Positions 12,596-24,399 of a stretch of DNA of 40,026 bases are shown here, in pieces. The notes beneath the pieces were generated by a model. It was not told where the DNA came from, ran no database searches, and saw nothing but the letters and a program-made list of their open reading frames with translations. Source of the stretch: Welwitschia mirabilis (taxonomy: Eukaryota); NCBI GenBank assembly GCA_051453625.1, contig JBOZIK010000001.1:19591405-19631430 (forward strand), read 5' to 3'. Within the stretch, counting starts at the first letter, position 1; every line of letters begins with the position of its first letter. The translations under genes were made by a program, and so were the position numbers.

Positions 12596-12911
12596 TCTTA
12601 GGAATGAAATGGCAATATTCCAAATAAAGTTAGAGTTGTTACCAAATTAAGAGGATAAACCTAGATAGGATGAACTTGTGTAAGGTATATAGATGAACCA
12701 TGTATTTGTGAGATTCTGATGAGAGACTATATTATCCATTTAGAGAATATGGTTACAAGACTCTGTATAAATACAATTGAATGCTAATGATATACATAAC
12801 CTCACTAGTTGGGCATCAATTACTCTACTTATTCAATCATGAATTTTGAAGTTTGAATAGCTTAATTTATATTCATTTCTCATTTCTTGTTAGGCTCTTA
12901 AATATTTAACA
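12596..12911 (+). repeat. 3' LTR of copia element
   Basis: Matches 9611-9900, preceded by a purine-rich tract, ends TTAACA. Confidence 0.85.
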
Positions 12912-15172
12912 GGTATTTGGCTATTCTTTATGATATAATGNNNNNNNNNNNNNNNNNNNNNNNNNNNNNNNNNNNNNNNNNNNNNNNNNNNNNNNNNNNN
13001 NNNNNNNNNNNNNNNNNNNNNNNNNNNNNNNNNNNNNNNNCTTAATTTGTATTCATTTCTCATTTCTTGTTAGTCTCTTAAATGTTTAACAGGTATTTGG
13101 ATATTTTTTATGATATAATGACATATCAGAAACATATTATAATAGTAAATCAACATGCTATCATTCATAATAAAATAGAAGCCTAGACCAGTTAGCTTAA
13201 AAAGGAAGAACAATTGGATTTTTCAAAAGAAAAATGAAAAGTGCAAAAAACTTTAACAAAACATGAAGCACTTTTGATGAGATTCATGTTCAAATTGAAG
13301 AGTTTCATCACAAAGCACTCAAGAGGAGTTCTAACAAAATGAAAATCTATCTCACTTAACTTAAAGAAAAGAAGAATCAAATCTCACAAAAGGGAAAAAT
13401 GAAAATGCACTCAATCAAGCATGAAACATTATTGACGAGCTTCATGCTCAACTTAAGAAGATCTATTGAGGTCAAATTCATGACTATGTAAAGATTCTTA
13501 AACCCAAAAAACTAATTAAGTAACTGACATAATATAAAGAAGATGTTATAGAAATTATCAAAATAACTATGTGAGTAATAAAGAAAAAGGCACAAAATGA
13601 GATTTAGAAGTAGAGATGAAGCACTATTTAGCTTCATCTTGTAAAATTTTTTTATATCAAATAAAACACAATTTTTTCCCTATATATCTACCCTATAAGT
13701 TGAATTTTTAATCAAAGTAATAAAATAAGAATTTACATAAAGTATTTGTGTTTATGTTAATTTATAATTTTATTTAAAGATAAAACAAGTTCTAACACAA
13801 AACAAATACTTAAAATAATAAGTCAATATTTTAAAGAAAGAAAGAATACCATGTGTTATAGAAATTTTTATCCATTTTAATGAAATAAATTTGAACCTAA
13901 AGTATTAAAGTAAGACAAAGTAATAAAATGACTAGCTACAAAAATAATACCTTAACAAAATATTACAATTAAAAACTAGAAGTGATCAAGTTTCTTAAAT
14001 TGTTATTATCATAATAATTCTTAGAAATAAAACTAGAATATGAAAAACATTTTTGAAGATGATAAAACAAATCAAAGAAGGACATGTTAAAAGATGAAGA
14101 TGAAATAAATATAGATGTTTCCAAAATTCAAAAGAAGTCTTAAGTGTGAAACCAAGTTAAAATTAAAGGGTTGTATTAAGAAGTTAACATAATTAATTAA
14201 AAAATTATTAACTTTATTAACAAAACATGAAATAACATGTTTCATTTACATCTAAAAAATGCAACCCTTATATTCTAATAAAACGATAAAGATCATTCAT
14301 TTCAAAGAAATAATATATAAGAAGAAGAAAAGGAATCACATTTATAGTTAAAATAAGTATGATGGAATACTTGAACTTACACATGCATTCGTACAAAAAA
14401 TTAGGCAAGTAGTTAATGGATAAACCGTTGGCCTAACTAAATGCTAATATTTGTAATAATGTTTTATTCTTAATCCATAACCATTAATTATTTAATCTTC
14501 CTTTAATAACCATTTGGAATTTATTAATTTTGTTTTTTTTTGTAATGAAATAACTTACCTTCTACAGTTAGTTCTAATATAGAATTAAAATGCTTCTACT
14601 TGAAATTCCCTCATGAAATTTGAGCATTCTTTACTTTATTCAATTTTCACACCTAAACTTTCATAATGTAAAACATACCTAATCAAATTTTTACATTAGA
14701 AAGGCAAGATAATAAACCTTACTATCATATCATTAGTATTTTATCATTTATTTAGGGTTCTAGATCAAATGTATAACAAAATAACATTATGTACATCTAT
14801 ACAAAAGAAATACTTTTAAGGTGGTAAAATATAAATATTAAATAAAAAGAGTGCAAGTCTCAAACCAATATTTTTAGACCAAAATAGCATTATAAGGAGG
14901 TATCGATTCCAAAGTTAAATCTTTCATATTTTAACCTCTTTAAGAAAGCAAGAAAGGAGATAAAATATTAGACAAAATTAACTAATAATCATCACTTTTC
15001 CATTGAAAGAGGAGATGAAACTTTACTTGTTAGGTGAGGCCAAGTACACTGTAATGAACAAGATTACATAAAATCATTTAATAGAAGATATTATATACAC
15101 ATGTTATCCTACTCTAAAATAGCTACATGAAGTGCCTACAAAATTTTTTGTATTCTCCTATCCTAATGAATA

Positions 15173-15430
15173 ACATCATAAATGGTTTACATTTTTATTT
15201 ATATTCTATTAATCCATGGATTACCATTGTTAGTTGTAATTAATTCTTTTAATTTATTCTAAATGTTTAGATTCAACTTTCTACTTCTTCACTTGTCCAT
15301 TCTACCTTTTTCCATGTGCATTCATGCATACTAGTACCTAATAGAGAAGCATATAATTAATATTAATAAAATCAATTAGATAGTAAAAGTGAATTCATGT
15401 ATTTATTTTTACTAATATATTAAATTATTG
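15173..15430. repeat. Dispersed repeat, diverged copy at ~38264-38520
   Basis: Collinear ATGGTTTACATTT.TATTTATATT, CATGGAT, GTTAGTTG, TAAAATCAATTA, ATTCATGTATTTATTTTTA. Confidence 0.8.
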
Positions 15431-15831
15431 AAAAAAATTTCTTATATTACAATTAAAAGACTTAAGTTCATCACATGCCTAACCTTAAGCTTGTACATGT
15501 CCTTATGTAAAATAAAAAGTAACATAAAGATTAAAACAAAAATAGGCATTAGTAAAATAGTTATAAAATAAATGGAAATTAATTTAGTTTCTATTTTCTA
15601 GTCCTCCCTTTTATTGGGATTAGCTATTTTTCTTTTGTTAGTATAATCTTATTTTATCTTTAGATTTTTATTATCTTAAACTTGATATTCTATACTTTAT
15701 TTACTTATGTTGATGATGACCTCATCTACTTTATTTAAAGTGTAGATTAATAAATATTTTTTCCCATCTAAAAATATTTTTGTAACTTCTCTTAACACAT
15801 TTTTAGTGGGCTTATCATCTTTCCTACTAAG

Positions 15832-15945
15832 ACCTTCTCCATTATCCATCGTACCTGCTCAGAATAAGCCTTCTTTAGCTAGATTGTTACCAATGTAATC
15901 ATAAAAAGCAAGTTTTTCAGGAATTCTAGATCATGATTCAGATAT
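15832..15945 (-). pseudogene. psbB: NUPT: internal fragment of plastid psbB (CP47)
   Basis: Translates [36 protein letters not shown] versus CP47 [37 protein letters not shown]; two premature stops (TGG>TGA, CGA>TGA). Confidence 0.95.
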
Positions 15946-16003
15946 ATCTCTCTCCATTCAATAATACTATACAAAATGAGACTTCATGAAAAAACTATTA
16001 ACC

Positions 16004-16114
16004 TTATTCTTTATGGCTAGGATTACGTCCTGGATCATTCAACAGAAATCCAAAAAGAAAAAGGAAAATAAATAAAGTTACTACCGTATAAACAAACACC
16101 TTAAGAGTAAGCAT
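16004..16114 (-). pseudogene. psbI: NUPT: full-length plastid psbI copy, 36-codon ORF still open
   Basis: [36 protein letters not shown] versus PsbI [36 protein letters not shown]; plastid-type GGAG Shine-Dalgarno just upstream of the ATG. Confidence 0.95.
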
Positions 16115-17038
16115 TGTGTAATCTCCTATGTCCTTAATTATTTAAAGAAAGAACTATTCAAATCGTTAAAATAATATTAGAGTCTTAGTCCTTTATTTTA
16201 AAATGCAACNNNNNNNNNNNNNNNNNNNNNNNNNNNNCATGTCATTAGTAATAACCTTTTTATTAGAATACTCCTTAGTAAAGGCAAAGATTGCTTGAAT
16301 TTCCTTGTAGAAGTTAGAAAGGCCTACAACTATGTTTTTATTCATAATAAATTAATTTAATACTATATAAGGCATTGAAAAATTTTAAAGCTATTTAAAA
16401 TTTGTCTAAAATTGTAAGTTAAATTCATTAAAGAAATTAAAAAGAGATATGTTATGATTTATTTCCATTCTTATTATTTTTAGGTAATTCCTATCAAAAT
16501 TCCTATCAAAAGAATGGTCCTTATGCAAAAACATTTTCAACTATGCATTTTTTTTAAAAAGCTATTCTACTTTCATTTTTCGCTATAGACTTAAAAGGCT
16601 AGGAGAATATTGATATATAGCCTTATAGGTGTTGTTTTTGAGAAACTACTAAACTTTATCTTTATTAATGATGATGACTGATGAATTCTTAATGAAAAGT
16701 TCCCTTTCTTCTATTAGTTTCTACTTTTTCTTAAGGGCTAAGATTCTTTATCTAATAAGTATGGTCAATGAATTTATTAGAGTTATAATATTATTATTGT
16801 GTTGCGATAAGAATTTATGCAATCTTGAAGTCTTTAGGTAAACTTGTAAATAATATAACTTGNNNNNNNNNNNNNNNNNNNNNNNNNNNNNNNNNNNNNN
16901 NNNNNNNNNNNNNNNNNNNNNNNNNNNNNNNNNNNNNNNNNNNNNNNNNNNNNNNNNNNNNNAATTCTAGACCATGATTCAGATATATATCTCTCCATTC
17001 AGTAATACTATACAAAACGAGATTTCATGAAAAAACTA

Positions 17039-17126
17039 TTAACCTTCTTCTTTATGATAAGGATTATGTCCTGGATCATTCGATAGAAATCCAAACCGTA
17101 TAAACAAACACATTAAGAGTAAGCAT
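17039..17126 (-). pseudogene. psbI: Second (alternate-haplotype) psbI NUPT copy with 29-bp deletion
   Basis: MLTLNVFVYT [29-bp deletion] [12 protein letters not shown]; adjacent psbB start SESWSRI at ~16963-16986. Confidence 0.9.
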
Positions 17127-17499
17127 TGTGTAATCTCCTAGGTCCTTAATTATTTAAAAGAAAGAACTATTCAAATCATTAAAATAATATTGGAGTTTTA
17201 GTCCTTTATCTTAAAATGCAACATGCTTCTTTTTTTTTTTAACTATTCAAGCATGTAATTAGTAATAACCTTTTTATTAGAATACTCCTTCGTAAAGGCC
17301 AAGATTGCTTGAATTTCCTTATAGAAGTTAGAAAGACCTACAACTATTTTTTATTCATAATAAATTTACTGAATACTATATAAGGCATTGAAAAATTTTA
17401 AAACTATTTAAAATTTGTCTAAAATTGTAAATTAATTTCATTAAAGAAATTAAAAAGAGCTATGATATGACTGATTTCCATTCTTCCTATTTGTAAGTA

Positions 17500-19500
17500 A
17501 TTTCTATCAAAGGAATGATCCTCATGCAAAAACATTTTCAACTATGCATTTTTTTTTTAAAAGCTATTCTACTTTTGTTTTTCGCTATAGACTTAAAAGG
17601 CTAGGAGAATATTGGTATATAACCTTCTAGGTGTTGTGTTTGAGAAACTACTAAAATTTATCTTTATTAATGATGATGGCTAATGAATTCTTAATGAAAA
17701 GTTCCCTTTCTTCTATCAGTTTCTACTTTTCTTAAGGGCTAAAGTTTTTTATCTAATAAGTATGGTCAATGAATTTATTAGAGTTATAATATTATTATTG
17801 CTTATCATAATTTTTCTTTAATTCTTTAATATTACTTTTCCTTATTCATGACTCTTACTTTACTTATTATGCCATCATCAAATAAGCTCTATGAATAATT
17901 TATTATTTCTTGTTATTCACAAAAAATGCTATTAGATAATTGCAATAGTAAATAATATTAAAAAAAAAAAGAAAATATTATGCCTATTGGATAAATGCCC
18001 TAAGGAACATTATTTTATGATTTAGTTATTTGTGAACCTTTCTTCATTTTTACTAATTATTCTTTAAATTATTATTTTATTCTATTATTTCTTAAAAATA
18101 AAGAGGAGAAATCATCAAGGCTAAAGTATTGGCCTCTTATTCCACATAATTTTCTCATCAGAATTGTTCTTTCTTAATGAAGGAAGGACTAGGATTAGAA
18201 CTTAGAATAAACTAATGATTTGGAAAACTAATCAGATTCAAGTGAGAAAATCACTTGTATTTTTTTTACAAGAAAAAAATTAATAGATTTCAAATTAAGT
18301 AGTATCAATTTGGAGTAAACAAATGTTTTTAAAAACTTATGTTAGGATGTTTTAAATATCTATTTGTAATTATCCTTTTACTCCCTAAAATTTCATAAAG
18401 CCACACTATGATTACATTTTATTAGCTTTCAAGCTGATGTATACCATACTAGAGGTGTGAAATCTGCCTTGGCACTAGTGGATAATATAGTTAAGATCAC
18501 AGGAAAACGAGGTCCTATAGCCTATTCATTAGAAGATGGTTCTACAATGATAAGAGTAGTTAGAATCACATGCTTATTCATCTTAAACTAATCTGGTACT
18601 AAGAAATCTAATTCTTATACTTTGAAAAACTATTTTATAGATTTGTTATTACAATATTTTCTTAAATTAGAATCTAGTATTTTATAAGTGGAAAGAATAT
18701 GATCAATCAAACTTCACATGTATAAGATAAAGGAAAACATGTGCAAAAAAATTCTTAAGACATATTAAACTAGAATGTACTATCTAGTAACTAGGTACTT
18801 ACTTCTCTAAATTTAATACAACCTTGAATTACCCCTTAATAAGGGAAACTACTAATCAGACATAATTTATTTAGTTTTGTGATACTATACATAGCTTGAG
18901 CACATAACTCATAGGAAGGTATAAAAAGTAGAAAGACTATGTTGAATTAAGCTTTGGATGATAAGTTTATTAATTGAAACATAATTTGAACCTAATAGAG
19001 AATGTAAAAAAATAGTGATATCTTATCCAAATCAAACATTAAAACACATAAGAGGTGATATTCATATTAGATAATAAAGTAGTTTGATTATATAGTAGTG
19101 CAATAGTGAGAAATATGCAAATAAACCCTTTCATTACCTCTTAGTGATATTAATTATTTTGATATCCTAATCAATGACTTTTTTCCCATAAAAAATCAAT
19201 TAAAAATATCAAAACCCTTATCTTATAACAAATTACTATGGTTTACAATTGAACTTTAACCTCAACTTCTTATTTAAAATAAGTTTGGTGAGTTTAAATT
19301 GTTAAAAGAGGTAATATTCAAATAGTAATAACAAATGAATTCTTTAAAAAATTTCTAATACAATCTTATTAAAATTACATTTAAATTTACTAGACTTCAA
19401 TAAATCATGATGGAAAAAATTCTATCATATAAAAACTTTGTTGGCTGTTTCTTTATAAACTATGTCATTTATGAATTTGATTGAGGTTCTTCTTTAATTT
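17500..19500 (+). mobile_element. Decayed Ty3/gypsy gag-protease-RT remnant
   Basis: gag-like FAIDLKG*..WY..FLSNKYG (~17580-17770). Protease-like ALVDN...LEDGS...IDLLLQYFL (~18470-18665). RT-like NDFFP..SYNKLLWFTIEL and FTRLQ*IM..FINYVI (~19170-19470). Many stops and frameshifts. Confidence 0.5.
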
Positions 19501-19647
19501 TATCTTATATTTTCCTTTAAAAGGTAATTAAATCATGTTTATAAGCTAATTATCTTAGCTATACATTTATTCACTTCTTTAAAACATCTAGGTTTTGAAA
19601 AGATAAGATGAGTGAAAAAATGGTTTTTCTACTTAGGCTATGTTTTT

Positions 19648-19650
<3 letters not shown>

Positions 19651-19721
<71 letters not shown>
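19651..19721. repeat. (CT)n microsatellite running into an assembly gap
   Basis: At least 35 CT units before the Ns. Confidence 0.98.
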
Positions 19722-22700
19722 NNNNNNNNNNNNNNNNNNNNNNNNNNNNNNNNNNNNNNNNNNNNNNNNNNNNNNNNNNNNNNNNNNNNNNNNNNNNNNN
19801 NNNNNNNNNNNNNNNNNNNNNNNNNNNNNNNNNNNNNNNNNNNNNNNNNNNNNNNNNNNNNNNNNNNNNNNNNNNNNNNNNNNNNNNNNNNNNNNNNNNN
19901 NNNNNNNNNNNNNNNNNNNNNNNNNNNNNNNNNNNNNNNNNNNNNNNNNNNNNNNNNNNNNNNNNNNNNNNNNNNNNNNNNNNNNNNNNNNNNNNNNNNN
20001 NNNNNNNNNNNNNNNNNNNNNNNNNNNNNNNNNNNNNNNNNNNNNNNNNNNNNNNNNNNNNNNNNNNNNNNNNNNNNNNNNNNNNNNNNNNNNNNNNNNN
20101 NNNNNNNNNNNNNNNNNNNNNNNNNNNNNNNNNNNNNNNNNNNNNNNNNNNNNNNNNNNNNNNNNNNNNNNNNNNNNNNNNNNNNNNNNNNNNNNNNNNN
20201 NNNNNNNNNNNNNNNNNNNNNNNNNNNNNNNNNNNNNNNNNNNNNNNNNNNNNNNNNNNNNNNNNNNNNNNNNNNNNNNNNNNNNNNNNNNNNNNNNNNN
20301 NNNNNNNNNNNNNNNNNNNNNNNNNNNNNNNNNNNNNNNNNNNNNNNNNNNNNNNNNNNNNNNNNNNNNNNNNNNNNNNNNNNNNNNNNNNNNNNNNNNN
20401 NNNNNNNNNNNNNNNNNNNNNNNNNNNNNNNNNNNNNNNNNNNNNNNNNNNNNNNNNNNNNNNNNNNNNNNNNTATATTTCCAATTCATTAAATCATAAA
20501 TATAAAAAGATAATGCACTATGAGATAAGAGAAAAAGTGATAAATTAGAAAGTTATTAGCCTAGAAAATGGATTTACTAAAGGTAGAATATGTGATGTCA
20601 TATCGGTATAAATCATAACACTTATTTCAAAAATAAAAATCTTAACTAAAATTAAACTTCTTGATCCTATAATTTCATTAATCAAGTCACGAATTATAGT
20701 TCTTCTAGAATCATAATTATTATAATTCTAGTTCTTGTTTCCTTCCTAATTATTCTTAACACTTGTAAATATTTCTTAGATTTTCTTTATTACTATAATC
20801 ATAGCTTTTGATTTGATTAATCTTAAAAATGCATTTCAAAGAAAGAAGAGGCCTCTTGAATAAATTGTTGTTTATACTTCAACTAGTAAACCTTTTTTTT
20901 TCTTTTTTTACTTGGTTAAACTAAATGGAATAGTTACTAAGTTAATTGAAATATATTTGAACTCTAACCCTAAAGAGGATTAACCAATTTATAAATCTGT
21001 TGACATGATGTTATCAAAGATAGATCATTACTGGAGTAAGAAATATATTAGGACTAATCCAGAGGCATTTATCAAAATAGATAGGTTGATTCAAGACTAT
21101 TCCCATTTAAAATACAAGGATTTAAAAAGAAAGATTATTAATGGAAAGGGTTACTTTAAGGAAAAAATTATTGAGATAGCTAAATATCTAAGAGAACGTT
21201 AAGTGGATTTTAAGAATTATGAGGTGTATAAATTACCTAAGCTTAATAATACTATAGTTGGAAATCAAACAAATTAAATAGTACCTAGGTAAGAAACCTA
21301 AGAATTAACTTATTTTTTATAGGCAACACCAACATGAAGTGGAATTGCTAATATAAATCATTAGATTCTTCAAGCTAAATGAAAGGACTAATTGTCATAT
21401 CCACAATTCCTCATTTAGTTTCCAACTTTAGTAAGAAAGGGGATTAGAGGACTAGTTTCCATTAATTTCCTTCTAAATTCTATCCTCTAGGTTCTTTTTT
21501 TTTAAAGCTTACTTAAGTAATTGGTTTTATTCTCCCTATTTTATCTTCTACTATCTACTAATAGCAAGTTACTTAGTTTAATCTTTTTCAAATAATCATA
21601 TATTTAGATAGGTATAATATATTATTATGATTTAATGAAAGTATTTAACTATTTTTAATAGTGGTGTGATATCGTAATCCTCTTATGTTATTTAAAATGT
21701 AAGGAAAAAAACTAATACATATAAAAAATAACTTTATAATTTAGATTTGAGGTAATTTTAATTGAAAGTAGAATCATGCAATTATCAAAGGAGTTTAGAT
21801 ATGGTTTTAAGTTTCTTTGCTTCTAGATATAAGGAATATTTTAAAAAATTATTAACCTTTCCTTAATTTACCATTGCTTCATTACCAATTAATATATTCC
21901 TAGAGGAATATCTGACCTTAATAGAGTTATCTATGTCTTAGGAAAATCATTGAGGTTGTACTTTAGAATGTAGATTACTGCTTATACTTCTAGTAAATAG
22001 GGTTGTTCATATAAATGCAACTTTTCCTGTGTTGGAGTTAACCAAAAGAATCATTGCACTATCAAAGGCTCCTCTTTAGGAATGTTTTATTCGGTGTAGT
22101 TCTTTAAACATGCTAATAGAATAATAAAAATAGTATATACTTTTAAGTAAATCCCTTAATATTGTTTTTCCCCAATTATAAGGTAATACATACAAGAGAA
22201 TTATGATATACCTCATTATAGTTACTTAAAATTTCATTTTCTTTTTTAATGAAAATTTCTCTTAATCCAAAATTCATTAAATCTAAGGATAGAAAATAGG
22301 AAATGTCTTTTATAGCCTATATGGATTTCCAACATACTCTAAAATAGATACTTATTTATTATAAATTTTTAACCTATGTTGATTCATAATGTAAGTTTCA
22401 TAATCTATTTGTTATAACCCACATTTTGTAAGCTTTAATTAATAGAGTTTGTAAACTACGTAAAACATTTTTGATATCAATTCTAATGAAAATCCGTTTT
22501 TTTAATTCTTAGAGAGAATTTATGTGTAACTCTATAATCAATAAATTATTGTACATCGAACATTATAGATATTCATAAGATTAGTAAATTATTTAATCTT
22601 AGTTTTTGGTAATTTGTTATTTTAAGTTATAATAATAATTATAAGAATTTTAATATAAATAAACTTATTTATGATTAGGCAAGATTATTTTCCNNNNNNN

Positions 22701-23021
22701 NNNNNNNNNNNNNNNNNNNNNNNNNNNNNNNNNNNNNNNNNNNNNNNNNNNNNNNNNNNNNNNNNNNNNNNNNNNNNNNNNNNNNNNNNNNNNATAAAAA
22801 TAGTATATACTTTTAAGTAAATCTCTTAATATTGTTTTTCCCCAATTATAAAGTAATACATACAAGAGAATTATGATATACCTCATTATAGTTATTTAAA
22901 CTTACATTTTCTTTTTTAATGATAATTTCTCTTAATCCAAAATTCATTAAATCTAAGGCTAGAAAATAGGAAATGTCTTTTGTTGCCTATGTGGATTTCC
23001 AAGACACTCTAAACTAGATAC

Positions 23022-24300
23022 TTATTTATTATAAATTTTTAACCTATGTTCATTCATAATGTAAGTTTTATAATCTATTTAATAGCACCATTTTTATAAA
23101 TGATCACCACTTTAAAGTAATTATAATTATTATATTTAGAATTAAATAGAATAGCTTCTTATCCTACTTTAAAGTGTTTAGGATTGTTTCTCTTATCATG
23201 ATAGTATTTTGTCTTTTCTTAAGTTTTATCTTTTTATAATAATGTCAATTACATTTTTTTCATCAAATATGTTTAGTTCATATAACTAATTTATATATCG
23301 TTATCTATTTAACATTTGAATTTCATTACTAACGTATAGACTATAATCTTAAGTTCTGTGAGTAACACTAGTAATTTATCATAAACTAATTCATACGAAG
23401 GGTATCTTTTTGCCTTTTTCATGTGGTTCTATAAGCCTAGAGAGATTCATATTTTTTTTTTTACTTTGGCTAGTATGTTTTTATTTCATTTACTACATTT
23501 AATAAAATCCTTTCTATTTCTTTATTAGTATTATCTGTTTATCCATTTGGCTATGGATGATAGGCTAGAGCTAAATGATGAGAAATGTGAAACTCGGTAG
23601 AGATATTTTCAAATACTTGACTTATGAAAGAAGTTTCTTATTTATAAATTAAAGTGATGGGGCCTTTAAATATAATGATGATGTTTATATTGAAAAAAAT
23701 TTAGTAGTTTCTTTGATAGCATAGTTAACAACTACTTCTATTTTTACTTAGTTTGGTAATTAAAAAAAATAATTACATATTATTTCTCATAAAACCTAAG
23801 ATTGATAGGTCCAATAAAATTCATACCACGAATTTTAAACTAGTTTATTCATCGAATTCAATTTTAGAACATTTCCATTAATATAGTAAGAATTCAAAAT
23901 CTTTAACATTGGTAAGAAGTCTTGATAAAACCATACAAACATTTATAGAGATGTGTTTAATTGTAACCACTTTAAAAGATTTTTATTGTACTTACTTTAC
24001 ATCATTCATCACACTTAACTTTATGCAAGTTCCTAATGGTTTTATNNNNNNNNNNNNNNNNNNNNNNNNNNNNNNNNNNNNNNNNNNNNNNNNNNNNNNN
24101 NNNNNNNNNNNNNNNNNNNNNNNNNNNNNNNNNNNNNNNNNNNNNTATACTTATTTTACCATCATTCATCACACTCAGCTTTATGAAAGTTCCTAATGGT
24201 TTTATTTTCTAATTCTGTTTAATACATTTTGTTGTAACACTATCTATTCCCACTTTATATAGACTTCCATCTTTCCATATGTAATTCTCGACTTCTTTTA
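23022..24300 (-). pseudogene. Gypsy integrase remnant
   Basis: FIKTSYQC*RF; GMNFIGPIN (~GIDFIGP); SHHLALAYHP*PNG*TDNTNKEIERIL (~23510-23580, ~YHPQTNGQAE); SL*AYRT (~ALWAYRT); YHDKR..FKVG..LFNSK. Confidence 0.92.
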
Positions 24301-24399
24301 ATTTCTCTTTCTTTTTATAAGAGAATAAAAATTTAGGAATCATGCTTAGAGCTAAGTAATTTTTGATATCTACAAATCAAGGCCTTTCTTAAGTTCAAA

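Larger units (their letters stand above)
9611..12911 (+). mobile_element. Ty1/copia LTR retrotransposon, internally deleted and decayed
   Basis: Paired LTRs 9611-9900 and 12596-12911 both ending ...GGCTCTTAAATATT(TA)ACA. PBS at 9903. Protease-like LDSA at ~10976. GAG-pre-integrase-like WKRLGH at 11221-11238. PPT-like TAAGAGGGTGA just before the 3' LTR. No TSD recognisable. Confidence 0.8.

Noticed and set aside
15946..15956. trnS-GCU gene
   Set aside because: At most about 10 nt of the 3' end remains; no tRNA can be folded.
19608..20548. Long ORFs of 280-300 aa in the ORF track (also 7021-7479, 32185-32703 and other X-containing ORFs)
   Set aside because: Artefacts of N-runs and microsatellites.
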